From IMG/VR virus record IMGVR_UViG_3300032093_000005: DNA of 64,000 nt; one strand, given 5' to 3'. The notes under the pieces are model-generated. The model had not been told where the DNA came from. It did not search any database and was given only the letters and a program-made list of their open reading frames with translations. A program made the translations under genes and the position numbers. Shown here piece after piece: positions 49,412-60,600 of this stretch (positions are counted from its first letter, which is position 1; every line of letters starts with the position of its first letter). Source of the stretch: a virus. Lineage: Duplodnaviria; Caudoviricetes.

Positions 49412-49765
49412 TCACTTTCGCTTTTTCTTTTCGGGGGATTTGTAACCCCAGAGTTTTGGATTGACTCGTCCGTATCCAAAGTCAATACTCTTCAGATTGC
49501 CACGAAACTTATCCCAGTACATATCAAACAATTTAATTCTACTTCCTCTTGTAAGATCAAAACAGATCTTTTCATCTACAAAATACTTTATGATATAAGC
49601 ATCATTTGGAGCTTCTTTAGTACAAACGTCAGTATATGAACCATTTTCAATCAGAATATCACAACCATAACGTGACTTACAAGTTTCTTTTTCTGCTGAT
49701 GTCCAATGGTCCATATTATTTTCCGTATTTTGCTTTACTCCAATTACATCATGAACTTGACTCAC
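49412..49765 (-). CDS. Conserved cyanophage hypothetical protein
   Basis: FDLTRG...LFDMYWDKF...GYGRVNPKLWG. Confidence 0.55.
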   Translation of the reverse strand: MSQVHDVIGVKQNTENNMDHWTSAEKETCKSRYGCDILIENGSYTDVCTKEAPNDAYIIKYFVDEKICFDLTRGSRIKLFDMYWDKFRGNLKSIDFGYGRVNPKLWGYKSPEKKKRK

Positions 49766-50367
49766 GAACGACCTCCCCAGTGAATATCAGGATATGCCTC
49801 AGAGACAATTTCCTTTGTGAGTTTATATTTTTCTCCAAGTTTTTTATCCTTACATAAAATTAGGATTTCTGCTTCAAGAGGATGAAGTCCTTGAAGAATA
49901 TTAATAAACATTGTTTCTCTACGAAGAGAACTCAGACTATCATTCCCACCTTTAATAAAATTATAAAATTTATCATATTCTTTACGAATTGAAGAAAATC
50001 CTTGATCTTGTGATCCAAGAGAATTACTTCCTACCTCTTGCATTTTAGTAACAGCATCTCCAATTTTTTCACTCATGGTGCCGCTAAATGAATTTTGTTC
50101 CCCAACACTTGCATAAGGAACGTCTCCAGGTGGAAGAATTGAAATAACACTTTCATCAAAATTCCAAATAAAAATCGCTTTCAATGAAAGATGTTCATAT
50201 TTTTTTAGAACTTCAACTTTTTTTACATTTGATCTTTGTTTCGAAACAAGTTGAAGAACTTCAAATGCAAAAGGATTGGTTGGCAATTCTTTAATTTGGT
50301 CGTCTGTTGTTTTAACAGAAATAACTTTTGCTTTAGTCGATGCTTTTTTTTGTGTTGTCGTAGTCAT
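49762..50367 (-). CDS. Conserved T4-like hypothetical protein
   Basis: LPPGDVPY...RRETMFINILQGLHPLEAEIL...KDK. Confidence 0.65.
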   Translation of the reverse strand: MTTTTQKKASTKAKVISVKTTDDQIKELPTNPFAFEVLQLVSKQRSNVKKVEVLKKYEHLSLKAIFIWNFDESVISILPPGDVPYASVGEQNSFSGTMSEKIGDAVTKMQEVGSNSLGSQDQGFSSIRKEYDKFYNFIKGGNDSLSSLRRETMFINILQGLHPLEAEILILCKDKKLGEKYKLTKEIVSEAYPDIHWGGRS

Positions 50368-50403
50368 AAAAATCCAGAATCTAAAATCATTTACAATATT
50401 TAG

Positions 50404-50637
50404 TTAATCTTCATCATCCTCATCTAAATCCTCATCAAGGAAATAATCAGGATTAAAACTTACTGCTAAAACTTCATCTGCAATTACATTTCCTTTGTCA
50501 TCAAAAAATTCTGGATGAAGTTTAGGTGTATCTTGATAATTCATCATATATTCTCTTGCTACCCAACCAGTTATAAGTCCCACTATAAGAAACAGTATGG
50601 TTAGAAAGGAACCAAAGACTAAACTAACTGCTAACAT
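50404..50637 (-). CDS. Small membrane protein
   Basis: Hydrophobic N-terminus, HPEFFD motif, acidic tail. Confidence 0.55.
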   Translation of the reverse strand: MLAVSLVFGSFLTILFLIVGLITGWVAREYMMNYQDTPKLHPEFFDDKGNVIADEVLAVSFNPDYFLDEDLDEDDED

Positions 50638-50839
50638 TTTTCTTTCTCCGGGAAATTACTTTTCTTTTCCTTGCCTTAAAGGAAAACTCAAAATAGATAG
50701 TAACTTCCCGATTCAGAAAGCAAACTATCTTCTCAAAAATGATATGGAATGGTTGAGTTTGCTTTCGTTTGCCTCCATTAAGAATGAGTTCAACACCACG
50801 ATTTCTGTGGTCAGAGTTATTTATGTTTTTATCAGACAA
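50624..50839 (-). CDS. Hypothetical protein
   Basis: NRGVELILNGGKRK; overlaps both neighbours. Confidence 0.5.
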   Translation of the reverse strand: MSDKNINNSDHRNRGVELILNGGKRKQTQPFHIIFEKIVCFLNREVTIYFEFSFKARKRKVISRRKKNVSS

Positions 50840-51077
50840 TTTGTTTCTCTTTCAAAAACTTAACTGTATCAGTACATCCTCCTAGTTTTTTATCATCACA
50901 AATGACTTGAGGAAATGTGGAACTTTCTCCAAATTCTGCGTAAAATTCGTCTTTGGTAAAATGTTCTCCTAAATTATACACTACAAAGTTACTTCCTGTC
51001 AATTCTAATACTTGTTTAACTTTATAGCAATATGGGCAATTTTCTTTTGAGTATACAGTAAAATTCATAAGTAGCAA
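50832..51077 (-). CDS. nrdC: Glutaredoxin
   Basis: CPYC active site, TFPQV, GGCTD. Confidence 0.92.
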   Translation of the reverse strand: MLLMNFTVYSKENCPYCYKVKQVLELTGSNFVVYNLGEHFTKDEFYAEFGESSTFPQVICDDKKLGGCTDTVKFLKEKQIV

Positions 51078-51101
51078 AAGATTTATAGTAATTTATAATA
51101 G

Positions 51102-51200
51102 AAAAAAAGGAGGGTAATACCCTCCTTATGAACCACCAACTCACCTCTCCCACCACAGAGAAGTGGTCTTCATTCCCAAAGTTACAAGGATTGTGAAGAC
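51102..51200 (-). ncRNA. Candidate structured small RNA
   Basis: Own promoter (51207-51235), hairpins GTCTTCA/TGAAGAC and CACTTCTC/GAGAGGTG, and a terminator ending in a U tract. Confidence 0.5.
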
Positions 51201-51206
51201 TTGAAT

Positions 51207-51235
51207 ATTATAAAGGATTTTGAATCAGGTGTCAA
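51207..51235 (-). promoter_or_regulatory. Sigma70-type promoter
   Basis: TTGACA (51230-51235) - 17 nt - TATAAT (51207-51212). Confidence 0.85.
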
Positions 51236-51236
51236 G

Positions 51237-51632
51237 TTAAAGAGCATGAAGAGCAGCAGATGCTTCAGAAAGTTTTTCTGTGGCCGCGGTCTGTTTTTCC
51301 AATGCAGTTTCTTCATCACCAGAACTTCTTGCTGTTTCAGATTCTAAAAGAAGTGATATAGACTTCAAGTAAAAATTTGCAACTGAGTTATATTCTTCTT
51401 CAGTCAAAACTTGAACACTATTTTTTCCACAAGGACTTACAATCGTCGTTACTGCAGTTGAGTCTGGAACTTCAGAAAGACAAACATCTACACCTTCGGA
51501 ATCTTTTAACCAAACTTTCACGTCCAGTCCAGCATATTCTTTATAAGGATGTCTCTTATAATTTGGTTCTGAAAGTTCACAACAAAAAGAATTATTGTTA
51601 TCATCAACATAATAATGTTTGATATATTGCAT
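51237..51632 (-). CDS. Hypothetical protein, last gene of the propeller cassette
   Basis: 131-aa ORF with helical C-terminus. Confidence 0.55.
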   Translation of the reverse strand: MQYIKHYYVDDNNNSFCCELSEPNYKRHPYKEYAGLDVKVWLKDSEGVDVCLSEVPDSTAVTTIVSPCGKNSVQVLTEEEYNSVANFYLKSISLLLESETARSSGDEETALEKQTAATEKLSEASAALHAL

Positions 51633-51649
51633 TGTAATTTGAAAAATCT

Positions 51650-52315
51650 TTAATTATTTATGGCAATCCCATACTTTTGAGAGAGTTCCTTGTTTTGATC
51701 ATCCATTGTAGGAAACCCTTTGACCTTTGCCCAGCAAACAATCGAATATCTTTTTCCTTTTGTGACTGGTTCGACTCCATGCTTATAATGATGATTAGAT
51801 GGGAAGCAAACCATCATTCCTGGTTCTGGTCTCACACGAATCTTGAGATCTGGAAATATAAAATCGCCACCTTCAAAGTCATCGTTCAGATAAAAGACCA
51901 TTGATAGATCTCGTTCGGTTGATTTCTTCCAAATCAGTTCACCATCAGGAGTCTGCCAAAGAGATTCACCATCAATATGTGGGCAGTAGTGACCTCCAAT
52001 TCCATAGGACAAAATCTGAGGAACTTCACTTTCGCAGATTTCTACACCATAAAAAGGATTGACAACTTCTTTGACGACATTGTGCATCAACTCAATGATC
52101 TTTGGTTGAATCGGGCCCATCTCAATATGTTGTGTGTCACGAATGGTCTTATCGACTCTCCATTCCTTACCACCAGTCTCATTTGACTTATGTGGATCAA
52201 AGACTGCTAGATCAGTTGCTGTTGAAGACTTGATATGTTGAACTATTTCTTGAACACCATGTTCATTGATCACATTTGGTTTGATCAAAACATAAGATAA
52301 AGGATTTTCAATCAT
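51650..52315 (-). CDS. 2OG-Fe(II) oxygenase, prolyl-4-hydroxylase-like
   Basis: YGIGGHYCPHID...YLNDDFEGGDF.F...HGVEPVTKGKRYSIVCW. Confidence 0.9.
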   Translation of the reverse strand: MIENPLSYVLIKPNVINEHGVQEIVQHIKSSTATDLAVFDPHKSNETGGKEWRVDKTIRDTQHIEMGPIQPKIIELMHNVVKEVVNPFYGVEICESEVPQILSYGIGGHYCPHIDGESLWQTPDGELIWKKSTERDLSMVFYLNDDFEGGDFIFPDLKIRVRPEPGMMVCFPSNHHYKHGVEPVTKGKRYSIVCWAKVKGFPTMDDQNKELSQKYGIAINN

Positions 52316-52340
52316 AAGTTTTTGAATATTATAACACTAA

Positions 52341-55300
52341 TTATACGTTAAATGATGCAGGGTATGTCGGTTGTGGCAATGCGTTTGCTCTTGCGCTTGA
52401 TGCTGCAAGAGACCTACGAGCAACACTTAATGCTGCACCAGGAACTGCTGCTGTTGTATCTGATGAATAAGTGACCTTATCCATTGTTGAGAATGTACCA
52501 GGACCACCACCACCAAAATAACCAGCAGTTGAGTTTCCTGATGCTGCCAGACGATAACGTGTTCCACTTAATGCGGCACCAGGAACTGCTGCTGTGGTGT
52601 CTGATGAATAAGTGACCTTATCCATTGTCGATGGTGCAGGAGAACCACCACCAAAGTATCCAGAAGATTGATTACCTGTTGCAGCAAGTTGAGAACGAGC
52701 AACACTTAATGCTGCACCAGGAACTGCTGCTGTTGTGTCTGATGAATAAGTGACCTTATCCATTAATGATGATGTAGGAAGACCACCACCAAAGTATCCA
52801 GCAGTTGAGTTTCCTGTTGCGGCAAGATAACGACGAGCAGCACTTAATGCGGCACCAGGAACTGCTGCTGTGGTGTCAGATGCATAAGTAACCTTATCCA
52901 TTGTTGAGTAATTGGGTATAGGGAATGCTGATCCCACTCCACCACCGAAGTATCCTGCAGTTGAAGATCCTGTTGCAGCAAAACTAAAACGACCAACACT
53001 TAATGCTGCACCAGGAACTGCTGCTGTTGTATCAGTGGAATAAGTAACCTTATCCATTGTTGACTGGGGACCAGGAAAACCACCACCAAAGTATCCTGCG
53101 GTTAAGGATCCTGTTGCAGCAAGTCCATAACGTGCTGCACTTAATGCAGCACCAGTAACTGTTGCTGTTGTATCTGTTGAATAAGTAACTTTATCCATTG
53201 TTGATCTTGTACCACCAGGATTAAAACCACCACCAAAGTATCCAGTGTTCGGAGTCGGTGCGAATGATGGGGTCTCAAAGGTTGGTTGTGGCAATGCATT
53301 TGCTCTGGCACTTGATGCAGCAAGATCACTACGAGCAACACTTAATGATGCACTAGGAACTGCTGCTGTTGTATCATTAGAATAAGTGACCTTATCTATT
53401 CTTGAAAAAAGAGGAAGACCATAAGACGCTCCACCACCAAAATATCCTGCATTTGAGTTTCCTGTTGCAGCAACTTTACAACGATTGGTGCTCAAAAATG
53501 CACCAGGAACTGCTGCTGTAGTATCAGTCGCATAAGTGACCTTATCCATTGTTGATCGATCAACACCAGTCAATCCCGGACTGGGTGGAGTGCCACCACC
53601 AAAGTAACCTGCGGTTGAGTTTCCTGTTGCTGCCAGATGATAACGTGCTGCACTTAATGAGGCACCAGGAACTTGTGCTGTAGTATCAGTAGAATAAGTT
53701 AACTTATCCATTGTCGATCTTAGTTCTGTACTAGTACCATAACCACCACCAAAGTATCCTGCGGTTGAGTTTCCTGTTGCAGATCCGTAAGTGCGACCTA
53801 CACTCAAAAATCCAGCAGTAGGAAGTGCTGCTGTGGTATCAGATGAATAAGTTACCTTATCCATTGTTGATATTTGTGAGGGAAATCCATATCCACCACC
53901 AAAGTATCCTGCTGTTGAAGATCCTGTTGCACTTGATATTTCACGAGCACTAGATAGTTTAGCCAATGGAACTGCTGCTGTGGTGTCTGATGAATAAGTG
54001 ACCTTATCCATTGTTGAATAATTTCCGACACCAGGAACCTGACCACCACCAAAGTATCCTGCGGTTGAGTTTCCTGTTGCTGCCAGACGATAACGAGCAG
54101 CACTTAATGCTGCTCCAGGAGCTGCTACTGTTGTATCAGTTGAATAAGTGACCTTATCCATTGTTGATCTTACACCAGGAGCAGAACCACCACCAAAGTA
54201 CCCAGTGTTTGGTGCTGTTACATTAACTGTTCCTGGTGTTGCAGTGAGTGCTGGTGGTTGTGGTAGTGCATTTGCTCTTGCGCTTGATGCAGCAAGACCA
54301 AATCGGGGATAACTTAAGTTTGCACCAGGAACTGCTGCTGTGGTATCTGATGAATAAGTGACCTTATCCATTTCTAAGAATCCAGGACCACCACCAAAGT
54401 ATCCTGCTGTTGAATTACCTGTTGCACCAAGATAACCACGTGCTGCACTTAATGCGGCACCAGGAACTGCTGCAGTGGTGTCTGATGAATAAGTGACCTT
54501 ATCCATTGTTGAGAATGTTTGACCACCACCAAAGTATCCTGCTGTTGAGTTTCCTGTTGCGGCAAGACCATAACGAGCAGGAACACTTAATGCGGCACCA
54601 GGAACTGCTGCAGTGGTGTCTGATGAATAAGTGACCTTATCCATTGTTGATCTTGGACCAGGATTACCACCACCAAAGTATCCTGATGTTGAGTTTCCTG
54701 TTGCGGCAAGATAGTAACGAGCAACACTTAAGGATGCTCCAGGAACTGCTGCTGTTGTGTCGGTTGAATAAGTGACCTTATCCATCAATGTAAGTCCTAA
54801 ACCACCACCAAAGTATCCTGCTGTTGAGTTTCCTGTTGCGGCAAGATAAGAACGACCAACACTTAATGCGGCACCAGGAACTGCTACTGTAGTATCAGAT
54901 GCATAAGTAACCTTATCCATTATGTCTGTAAAATAACCACCACCAAAATATCCTGCTGTTGAGTTACCTGTTGCTGCCAAACCATAACGTGCAGCACTTA
55001 ATGATGCACCAGGAACTGCTGCTGTAGTATCAGACGCATAAGTAACCTTATCCATTGTTGTATGAAATCCACCACCAGATCCACCACCAAAGTATCCAGT
55101 GTCTGGTGCTGGTGTTGCATCAGTAAATCTTGTTGGTGGGTCTGATGGAGCAAAGAAAAATGCACTTGATGCTGCAAGATTAACCCGAGCAACACTTAAT
55201 GAGGCACCAGCAACTGTTGTTCGTGTGTCAGTAGAATATGATACCTTATCCATCGTCGATCTTACTGGTATGGGAAATCCTGGAGAACTATTTCCACCAC

Positions 55301-56177
55301 CAAAGTATCCTGCTGTTGAATTTCCTGTTGCGGCAAGATTATAACGATCAGCACTTAAAAATGTGCCAGGAATTACTGCTGTGGTATCAGACGCATAAGT
55401 AACCTTATCGATTATTGATCTTGCACCACCAGAAGATGTTCCACCACCAAAATATCCTGCGGTTGAAGATCCCGTTGCAGCAAGACTAAAACGAGCATCA
55501 CTTAAAAATGCACCAGGAACTGCTGCTGCTGTATCAGATGAATAAGTCAACTTATCCATTATCGAATATATTGGTTGAGGAACTACATTTTGAGTACCAC
55601 CACCAAAGTATCCAGCGGATGAAGATCCTGTTGCAGCAAGATAATAACGAGCAGCACTTAATGCGGCACCAGGAACTGTTGATCTAGTATCAGTTGAATA
55701 AGTGATCTTATCCATTGTTGTCACATATGCTGGTTCAGATCCACCACCAAAGTATCCTGCGGTTGAGTTTCCTGTTGCTCCAGATCCATAACGAGGAGAA
55801 CTTAATGAAGCACCAGGAATTGTTGATCTTGTATCAGTCGAATAAGTGACCTTATCAGTTGTTGAGTGAATTGGTCCGGAGGAATTTCCACCCGCAAAAT
55901 ATCCAGCAGTAGAAGATCCCGTTGCTCCTAAACTATTACGAGCAACACTTAAGTTTGCACCAGGAACTGCTGCTGTTGTATCAGATGCATAAGTAACCTT
56001 ATCCATCGTTGATCTTGGAGCAGGAGAAAGAAAACCACCACCAAAGTATCCTGCAAGTGGCAGTGCTAATGGAGAAGGAGATATCCAAACATCAGATAAT
56101 GAAATCCATCCATTAGTAAAAGGTATTTTTTCTTCTCTAATATATGTTAATGTAAATACTCCTCTGGTGTTTGGCAT
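52341..56177 (-). CDS. Kelch-like repeat protein A (24 repeats in 4 blocks of 6)
   Basis: Repeats of about 47 aa: GYFGGG-loop-MDKVTYSxDT-AAVPGAxLSxxRxxLAATGNST; blocks separated by Pro-rich linkers. Confidence 0.8.
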   Translation of the reverse strand: MPNTRGVFTLTYIREEKIPFTNGWISLSDVWISPSPLALPLAGYFGGGFLSPAPRSTMDKVTYASDTTAAVPGANLSVARNSLGATGSSTAGYFAGGNSSGPIHSTTDKVTYSTDTRSTIPGASLSSPRYGSGATGNSTAGYFGGGSEPAYVTTMDKITYSTDTRSTVPGAALSAARYYLAATGSSSAGYFGGGTQNVVPQPIYSIMDKLTYSSDTAAAVPGAFLSDARFSLAATGSSTAGYFGGGTSSGGARSIIDKVTYASDTTAVIPGTFLSADRYNLAATGNSTAGYFGGGNSSPGFPIPVRSTMDKVSYSTDTRTTVAGASLSVARVNLAASSAFFFAPSDPPTRFTDATPAPDTGYFGGGSGGGFHTTMDKVTYASDTTAAVPGASLSAARYGLAATGNSTAGYFGGGYFTDIMDKVTYASDTTVAVPGAALSVGRSYLAATGNSTAGYFGGGLGLTLMDKVTYSTDTTAAVPGASLSVARYYLAATGNSTSGYFGGGNPGPRSTMDKVTYSSDTTAAVPGAALSVPARYGLAATGNSTAGYFGGGQTFSTMDKVTYSSDTTAAVPGAALSAARGYLGATGNSTAGYFGGGPGFLEMDKVTYSSDTTAAVPGANLSYPRFGLAASSARANALPQPPALTATPGTVNVTAPNTGYFGGGSAPGVRSTMDKVTYSTDTTVAAPGAALSAARYRLAATGNSTAGYFGGGQVPGVGNYSTMDKVTYSSDTTAAVPLAKLSSAREISSATGSSTAGYFGGGYGFPSQISTMDKVTYSSDTTAALPTAGFLSVGRTYGSATGNSTAGYFGGGYGTSTELRSTMDKLTYSTDTTAQVPGASLSAARYHLAATGNSTAGYFGGGTPPSPGLTGVDRSTMDKVTYATDTTAAVPGAFLSTNRCKVAATGNSNAGYFGGGASYGLPLFSRIDKVTYSNDTTAAVPSASLSVARSDLAASSARANALPQPTFETPSFAPTPNTGYFGGGFNPGGTRSTMDKVTYSTDTTATVTGAALSAARYGLAATGSLTAGYFGGGFPGPQSTMDKVTYSTDTTAAVPGAALSVGRFSFAATGSSTAGYFGGGVGSAFPIPNYSTMDKVTYASDTTAAVPGAALSAARRYLAATGNSTAGYFGGGLPTSSLMDKVTYSSDTTAAVPGAALSVARSQLAATGNQSSGYFGGGSPAPSTMDKVTYSSDTTAAVPGAALSGTRYRLAASGNSTAGYFGGGGPGTFSTMDKVTYSSDTTAAVPGAALSVARRSLAASSARANALPQPTYPASFNV

Positions 56178-56179
56178 TA

Positions 56180-56998
56180 TTAATAATACTTATGATTAGA
56201 ATACTTCCAGTATTCCAAGTTACTATACCTATTTAGAATCTCATCACTCAAAATACTTTCTGGTTTTGAGGACACTTTTTCCAATTTACCACGAACATGA
56301 TGCATGTCTTTGAGATACCACTGATCATCAATCTCACGATGTGTATTCTCAATGTGATCAAAGTTATGAGTATAAGAATCTACTCCCAGAAACTCATAGA
56401 TTCGATTCATGGTTTCATTGGGTTTTTCAATCAAATCATCATACTCAACCATTAACAGATGCTTTTGATCACCACGAATGAATGCCTGTGATTGTGCCCA
56501 GAGTGCCTGTTCCACAATACCTTCTTTACTCATCAGATAGTGACACCGATTGTCATCCGTGATTGGATATCCTTTTTCAATCAGGTGCTGATCAATAAAA
56601 GAAACCTGATCTGAATTGCGTCGGATCATGGTAATAAAGGAAGTCAGAATCTCTGTGATGTTTCGAACAGGACAGATAATCTTTGGTTCTGGTGTGATAT
56701 AAGTTTTGATGCGTTCAATATTATTACTCCATGCCCTACAGTGATCGATGATGATAGGTTTCTCCACATCAAAGTAGTAGTCTTCAATGATCGTGGAAAC
56801 AATCCGATGTGCCGATTTTGGTTTTGGATACCCAAGATACTGCTCACTATCAGAAAAGTAATGATCGTTCCAATACATCAGTTCCATGACAGGACTCACT
56901 GGTTCTGTATGAAGTTCTGGATTCTGATTCAAAATACTTTTCAATAGAGTGCTGCCAGATCGTGGAAGACCTGCCATAAAATAATAAGTTTTATTCAT
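56180..56998 (-). CDS. Sulfotransferase
   Basis: GLPRSGSTLL PAPS-binding loop, IICPVRN, VEYDDL...IYEFLG. Confidence 0.88.
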   Translation of the reverse strand: MNKTYYFMAGLPRSGSTLLKSILNQNPELHTEPVSPVMELMYWNDHYFSDSEQYLGYPKPKSAHRIVSTIIEDYYFDVEKPIIIDHCRAWSNNIERIKTYITPEPKIICPVRNITEILTSFITMIRRNSDQVSFIDQHLIEKGYPITDDNRCHYLMSKEGIVEQALWAQSQAFIRGDQKHLLMVEYDDLIEKPNETMNRIYEFLGVDSYTHNFDHIENTHREIDDQWYLKDMHHVRGKLEKVSSKPESILSDEILNRYSNLEYWKYSNHKYY

Positions 56999-56999
56999 A

Positions 57000-57614
57000 T
57001 CACCATTCAGTAGGATTAAAGAAAAATAATTGAACTAGACGACCATTTTGTAGATTGGTTCCGAAGTTATAATTATGAGAGTGCCACAGATTTGTTTTGA
57101 ATATGACTATTCTATTATACTTCATGGGTGAAAGCAAGTATCGAGTCCATTTAGAACGATCTAAACCTTCACCATAAACTGTTGTCCACCATGCTTCTTT
57201 TGCCGATGAGTATCCATGATACTTTGCTTCATCATCTGTGCGTGGACAGGTTTCTGTATGAGTTTTATTATGGACCCAGAATGATGTGCCACCCTCATTA
57301 ATGACTTGTTCTGGTGGATTGAGATAACAGACGGCACCAAACTCCCAGACAGGATCGACATGAACATCCTGACGGTAGGTATCCGTCTCTAATGACAAAC
57401 GAAAATATCCGTTTGGTTGTGCAGGAGTCAGTTTACGATTCAGAACTGACTCAAACTTTTGATGTAGTGATTCTGGGTAGTAACCGTCTCTTGAGTTCTT
57501 TCCAGGATAAGTGTACCCATCCGTTGGTTCTGGATATGATTCATTCAGAGCAAACTGTCGAATCTCATCAGGGTTTGAATAGAAATCATCAATGACAATA
57601 ATATTACGTCTCAT
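57000..57614 (-). CDS. 2OG-Fe(II) oxygenase-like protein (DUF6445-like)
   Basis: IIVIDDFY..PD.IR, HVD, YLNP...GGTSFW, YNRIVIF...WHS, RLVQLFF. Confidence 0.75.
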   Translation of the reverse strand: MRRNIIVIDDFYSNPDEIRQFALNESYPEPTDGYTYPGKNSRDGYYPESLHQKFESVLNRKLTPAQPNGYFRLSLETDTYRQDVHVDPVWEFGAVCYLNPPEQVINEGGTSFWVHNKTHTETCPRTDDEAKYHGYSSAKEAWWTTVYGEGLDRSKWTRYLLSPMKYNRIVIFKTNLWHSHNYNFGTNLQNGRLVQLFFFNPTEW

Positions 57615-57639
57615 AGTTTTTTGAATATTATAACACTAA

Positions 57640-60600
57640 TTATACGTTAAATGATATTTGTGAATTACCTGGTAATGCATTACTAGTTGCACTTGATGCT
57701 GCAAAATTATTACGAGCAACACTTAAAAATGCACCAGGAACTGCTGCTGTTGTATCAATGGAATAAGTGACCTTATCCATCGTTGATCTTGAACCACCAC
57801 CACCAAAGTATCCTGCCACTAAAGATGATGTTGCAACAACACTATCACGAGCAGCACTTAATGAGGCACCAGGAATTGTTGATCTTGTATCAGTGGAGTA
57901 AGTTAATTTATCCATTGTTGAATATGCATTGGGATTAACAAAACCACCACCAAAGTAACCTGCTGTTGAGTTTCCTGTTGCGGCAACATTACTACCAACA
58001 CTTAAAAATCCTGCAGTGGGAAGTGCTGATATAAAATCATTTGAATAAGTGATCTTATCTACTGTTGTTCTTGCACCTGGAAGTGGAGTAAAGTTATTTC
58101 CACCACCAAAGTATCCTGCAGTTGAGTTTCCTGTTGCACTAGCACCATAACGAGGAGAACTTAAGGAAGGAATTTGCGAAATAATTTCAGTAGAATATGT
58201 AAGTTTACTTGCATTTGAATATGGTCCAGGTGCAGCGGGAAAACCACCGCCACCAAAGTATCCTGCTGCTGGAGAACTTACTGCAGCAATATTTCTACGA
58301 TCTCTGGTTATACTGGATCCAGATATAATTGTTTTTGTATCTGTTATATAATAAATTTTATCCATTAAAGAATAATCCGAACTAGACCCTGGCTGGGGAC
58401 CTCCAGAAAAATATGCTGTTGTTGAATTTCCGGTTGCACAATGATTATAACGAGCACCATTTAATGCTGCACCAGGAACTGCTGCTGTTGTATCTGATGC
58501 ATAAGTAACCTTATCCATTGTTGAATATACGAAAGAAGCAATACCACCACCAAAATATCCAAAATTTGAAAATATTGTTCCTGTCTGAAAAGTCGGTTGA
58601 GGTAGTGCATTTGCTCTGGCACTCGCTGCTCCAAGATAAGTGCGAGCAGCACTTAATGCGGCACCAGGAACTGCTGCTGTGGTATCTGATGCATAAGTAA
58701 CCTTATCCATTGTTGCCACTATGGCACCACTAAAACCACAACCAAAGTATCCAGCGGATGAAGATCCTGTTGCAGAAAGAGAATAACGTGTTGCACTTAA
58801 TGCGGCACCAGGAACTGTTGATCTAGTATCAGTTGAATAAGTCACCTTATCCATTGTCGATGATGCAGGAACACCACCACCAAAGTATCCTGCTGTTGAA
58901 GAACCTGTTGCGGCAAGAGAATAGCGAGCAATACTTAATGCTGCACCAGGAACTGCTGATGTAGTATCGGTCGAATAAGTGACCTTTTCCATTGTTGTTA
59001 ATGGACCAGGAAAACCACCACCAAAGTATCCTGATGTTGAGTTACCTGTTGCAGCAAGACCACTACGAGCACTTAATGAGGCACCTGGCAGCGCAGCAGT
59101 GGTATCTGATGAATAAGTCAATTTATCCATTGTCGATGCCACAGGATTACCACCACCAAAGTATCCTGCGGATGAAGATCCAGTTGCGGCAAGGTATTTA
59201 CGAGCAGCACTTAAAGCAGCGCCAGGAACTACTGCTGTTGTATCTGATGCATAAGTCACTTTATCCATTGTTGAATATAAATTAGGAGATACAATACCAC
59301 CACCAAAGTATCCTGATATTGAATTTCCAGTTGCAGCAGAACCTCGACGTGCCACACTTAATGAAGCACCAGGAACTGCTACGGTAGTATCTGATGAATA
59401 AGTAACCTTATCCATTGTTGATGATGATGTTGAAGGACTAGGACCTCCCCCACCAAAGTATCCAGTGTTTGGTACAGATGCATTGAAAATTGTAGGTGTT
59501 ACTGTCGTTGCTGGTGGTTGAAACAATGCATTGGCTCTGGCACTTGATGCGGCAAGATCATAACGAGCAACACTTAATGCGGCACCAGGAACTGCTGCTG
59601 TGGTATCTGATGAATAAGTGACCTTATCCATTGTTGAGCTTACAGGACCAGAAGTACCACCACCACCAAAGTATCCTGCTGTTGAAGATCCTGTTGCGGC
59701 AAGACCATAACGAACAGCACTTAATGCAGCACCAGGAACTGCTGCAGTAGTATCAGTAGAATAAGTGACCTTATCCATTGTTGAATGATAATTAAATGCA
59801 GATCCCGTAAAATAATAACCACCACCAAAGTATCCTACTGTTGAGTTACCTGTTGCAGCAAGAGCGGCTCGAGCCGCACTTAATGAAGCACCAGGAACTG
59901 CTGCAGTAGTATCAGTCGAATAAGTGACCTTATCCATTCTTGATATATTATTAAATCCACCACCAAAATACCCTGCCGTTGAGTTTCCTGTTGCGGCAAG
60001 TTTACTGCGACTAATACTTAATGCTGCTCCAGGAAGATCAGACATAGTATTTGAATTATAACTTAATTTAGACATTCTAGTGCCAGGACTACCACCACCA
60101 AAGTATCCTGCTGTTGAGTTTCCTGTTGCGGAAAGACCATAGTTGATTGAACTAAAAAATGCTGTGGTTGGTGCTACTGCATTTGTATCTGCCGCATAAG
60201 TTATTATCTGTACCGATGAAACAAAATTTGATATACTATAATCAAATCCACCTCCAAAGTATCCTGCTGTTGTGTTACCTGTTGCACCTTGTTGAGCTCT
60301 TGCAACCGCAAAAAAAGCACTAGGAATTGCTGCAGTTAAATCTGTTGAATAGTTTAATTTATCAACTGTGGCGCTGGAAGCACCACCTGCAAAATATCCT
60401 GTTTGTGGAGATAAAGTTCCATCAATAAATTTTGATGATGCAGATGATGGTAAAGTACTTACTACTCCCGGCAGTGCATTTGCTCTTGAACTCAGTGCAG
60501 CAAGAGTATTGCGAGGAATACTTAAAGCTGCTGTAGCAACTGCTGAAGTATTTTCTGTTGCAAAAGTCAACTTATCCATCGTCGAACTTACGCCAGGTGA

